Shown: piece after piece, positions 62,991 to 64,000 of the stretch | Numbering within the stretch: position 1 is the stretch's first letter | Layout of the letters: each line of letters begins with the position of its first letter | DNA from: Mobula birostris | Taxonomy: Eukaryota | DNA: 64,000 nucleotides | Assembly: GCF_030028105.1 (NCBI RefSeq) | Contig: NC_092383.1 | Location: 86,323,921 to 86,387,920, forward strand | Reading direction: 5' to 3' | Notes under the pieces: generated by a model | Database searches by the model: none | Told to the model about the DNA's origin: nothing | Seen by the model: the letters and a program-made list of their open reading frames with translations, nothing else | Program-made: the position numbers and the translations under genes

Positions 62991-63819
62991 TCTGTGATCT
63001 ATGCTCAAAAATGCGTTACTGTAGATAAGTAATCATGCACCTTATTAAAGCTCAAAAAGTTTAAAGTAAATTTATTATCAAAATTTGAAAATATCACTAT
63101 ATATGAAGAAAGTGTAATTCTGAAAAGTGGAGAAAAAGAAAACAGTTCTGTTATTTGTAGCAACACACACAAAATGCTGGGGGAATTTCACAGGCCAGGC
63201 AGCATCAATGGAAAAGAGTACAGTCAATATTTCATATAGATTAGTAGAGTACAGGATGAGTCTTTCGGCATACAATACTCAGACAATCTATGTTCCATGA
63301 TCAGTCTAATTCATCCCTCCTACATAGCCCATAACACATTATTTTTCATACATACATGTGCGTGCCTATCTGCAAGTCTCTTAAATGTTCCTATTATATC
63401 AGCCTCTACTCCCATGCCTGCCATGCATTTCAGGGACACACCAATCTGTGTAAAAAAAAACTTGCCTGTTATATTACCCCTAAACTTTCTTCCAATCACC
63501 TTAAATGGACGTCCTCTGGTATTGGTCATTGTCACCACGGGAAAGGGGTGCTGGCTGTCCACTCAATCTATGGCTTACACTCTACAATACTCCAAGGGTG
63601 ATCAAATCAGAGTTTTACAGAGCTGCACCATTACCTTGCAGCTCTGGAAATCAGTCCCCAGTGCATCACACACCTTCTTTAACATTCTTTTAACTCGTGC
63701 AGCAACTTCGAGGAATCAACATACTTGGACCCCAATATCCCTCTGTACCTCCACATTGCTCAGAGTTCTGCCATTGACCTTGCAATCTGCCTTCAAGTTC
63801 AATCGTCCAAGGTGTACTG

Positions 63820-64000
63820 TCCTCTTATTTTTGTCTCCCCGACATGCTCTTTGTATGAGTCCTACTTTATTGCAACTTCTGCAAGTTTCACCTTTAAACC
63901 TGCATTTCTTTGGTGAATGTGAGCCCCTGACACAATGCTAACACAATTTGTTCAGCCTGGCCAGTTTGTGTTCGGATATTGCAAATTGTTTACACTAACT
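63820..64000 (-). mobile_element. Gypsy gag fragment, same family as 16.4-17.9 kb; runs off the window
   Basis: Aligns with 16500-16561 plus 17341-17430 without the solo LTR. Confidence 0.8.

Overview
Eukaryotic, intron-rich and repeat-dense vertebrate DNA. The repeat complement (CR1 LINEs with an SGNH-esterase ORF1, HE1/V-SINE-like and DeuSINE-like SINEs, Penelope-like elements) points to a cartilaginous fish, probably a ray; this is inference. There are no prokaryotic features and most listed ORFs are transposon-derived. The main host gene lies on the minus strand (51.3 to 19.6 kb) and encodes an Ig-superfamily immune-type receptor. It has one leader exon, three tandem [CD300/pIgR/TREM-like V + C2-type] modules built from 321-nt phase-1 exons, two alternative Cys-containing stalk exons and one transmembrane exon, resembling the skate MDIR family. 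V2 has lost its canonical splice acceptor and V3 has a 1-nt deletion, but an open isoform can still be spliced. Downstream (18.5 to 10.3 kb) is a Gypsy LTR retrotransposon whose RT/RNaseH/integrase core is replaced by a spliced RBM25 mRNA fragment (RRM region). The fragment is in frame with the protease and was later split by a CR1 insertion with a 7-bp TSD. Both ends of the window hold copies of an unidentified non-TE segment with exon-like plus-strand structure ending in a CaaX-like ...QCKLQ-stop, which suggests a larger tandem array unit.
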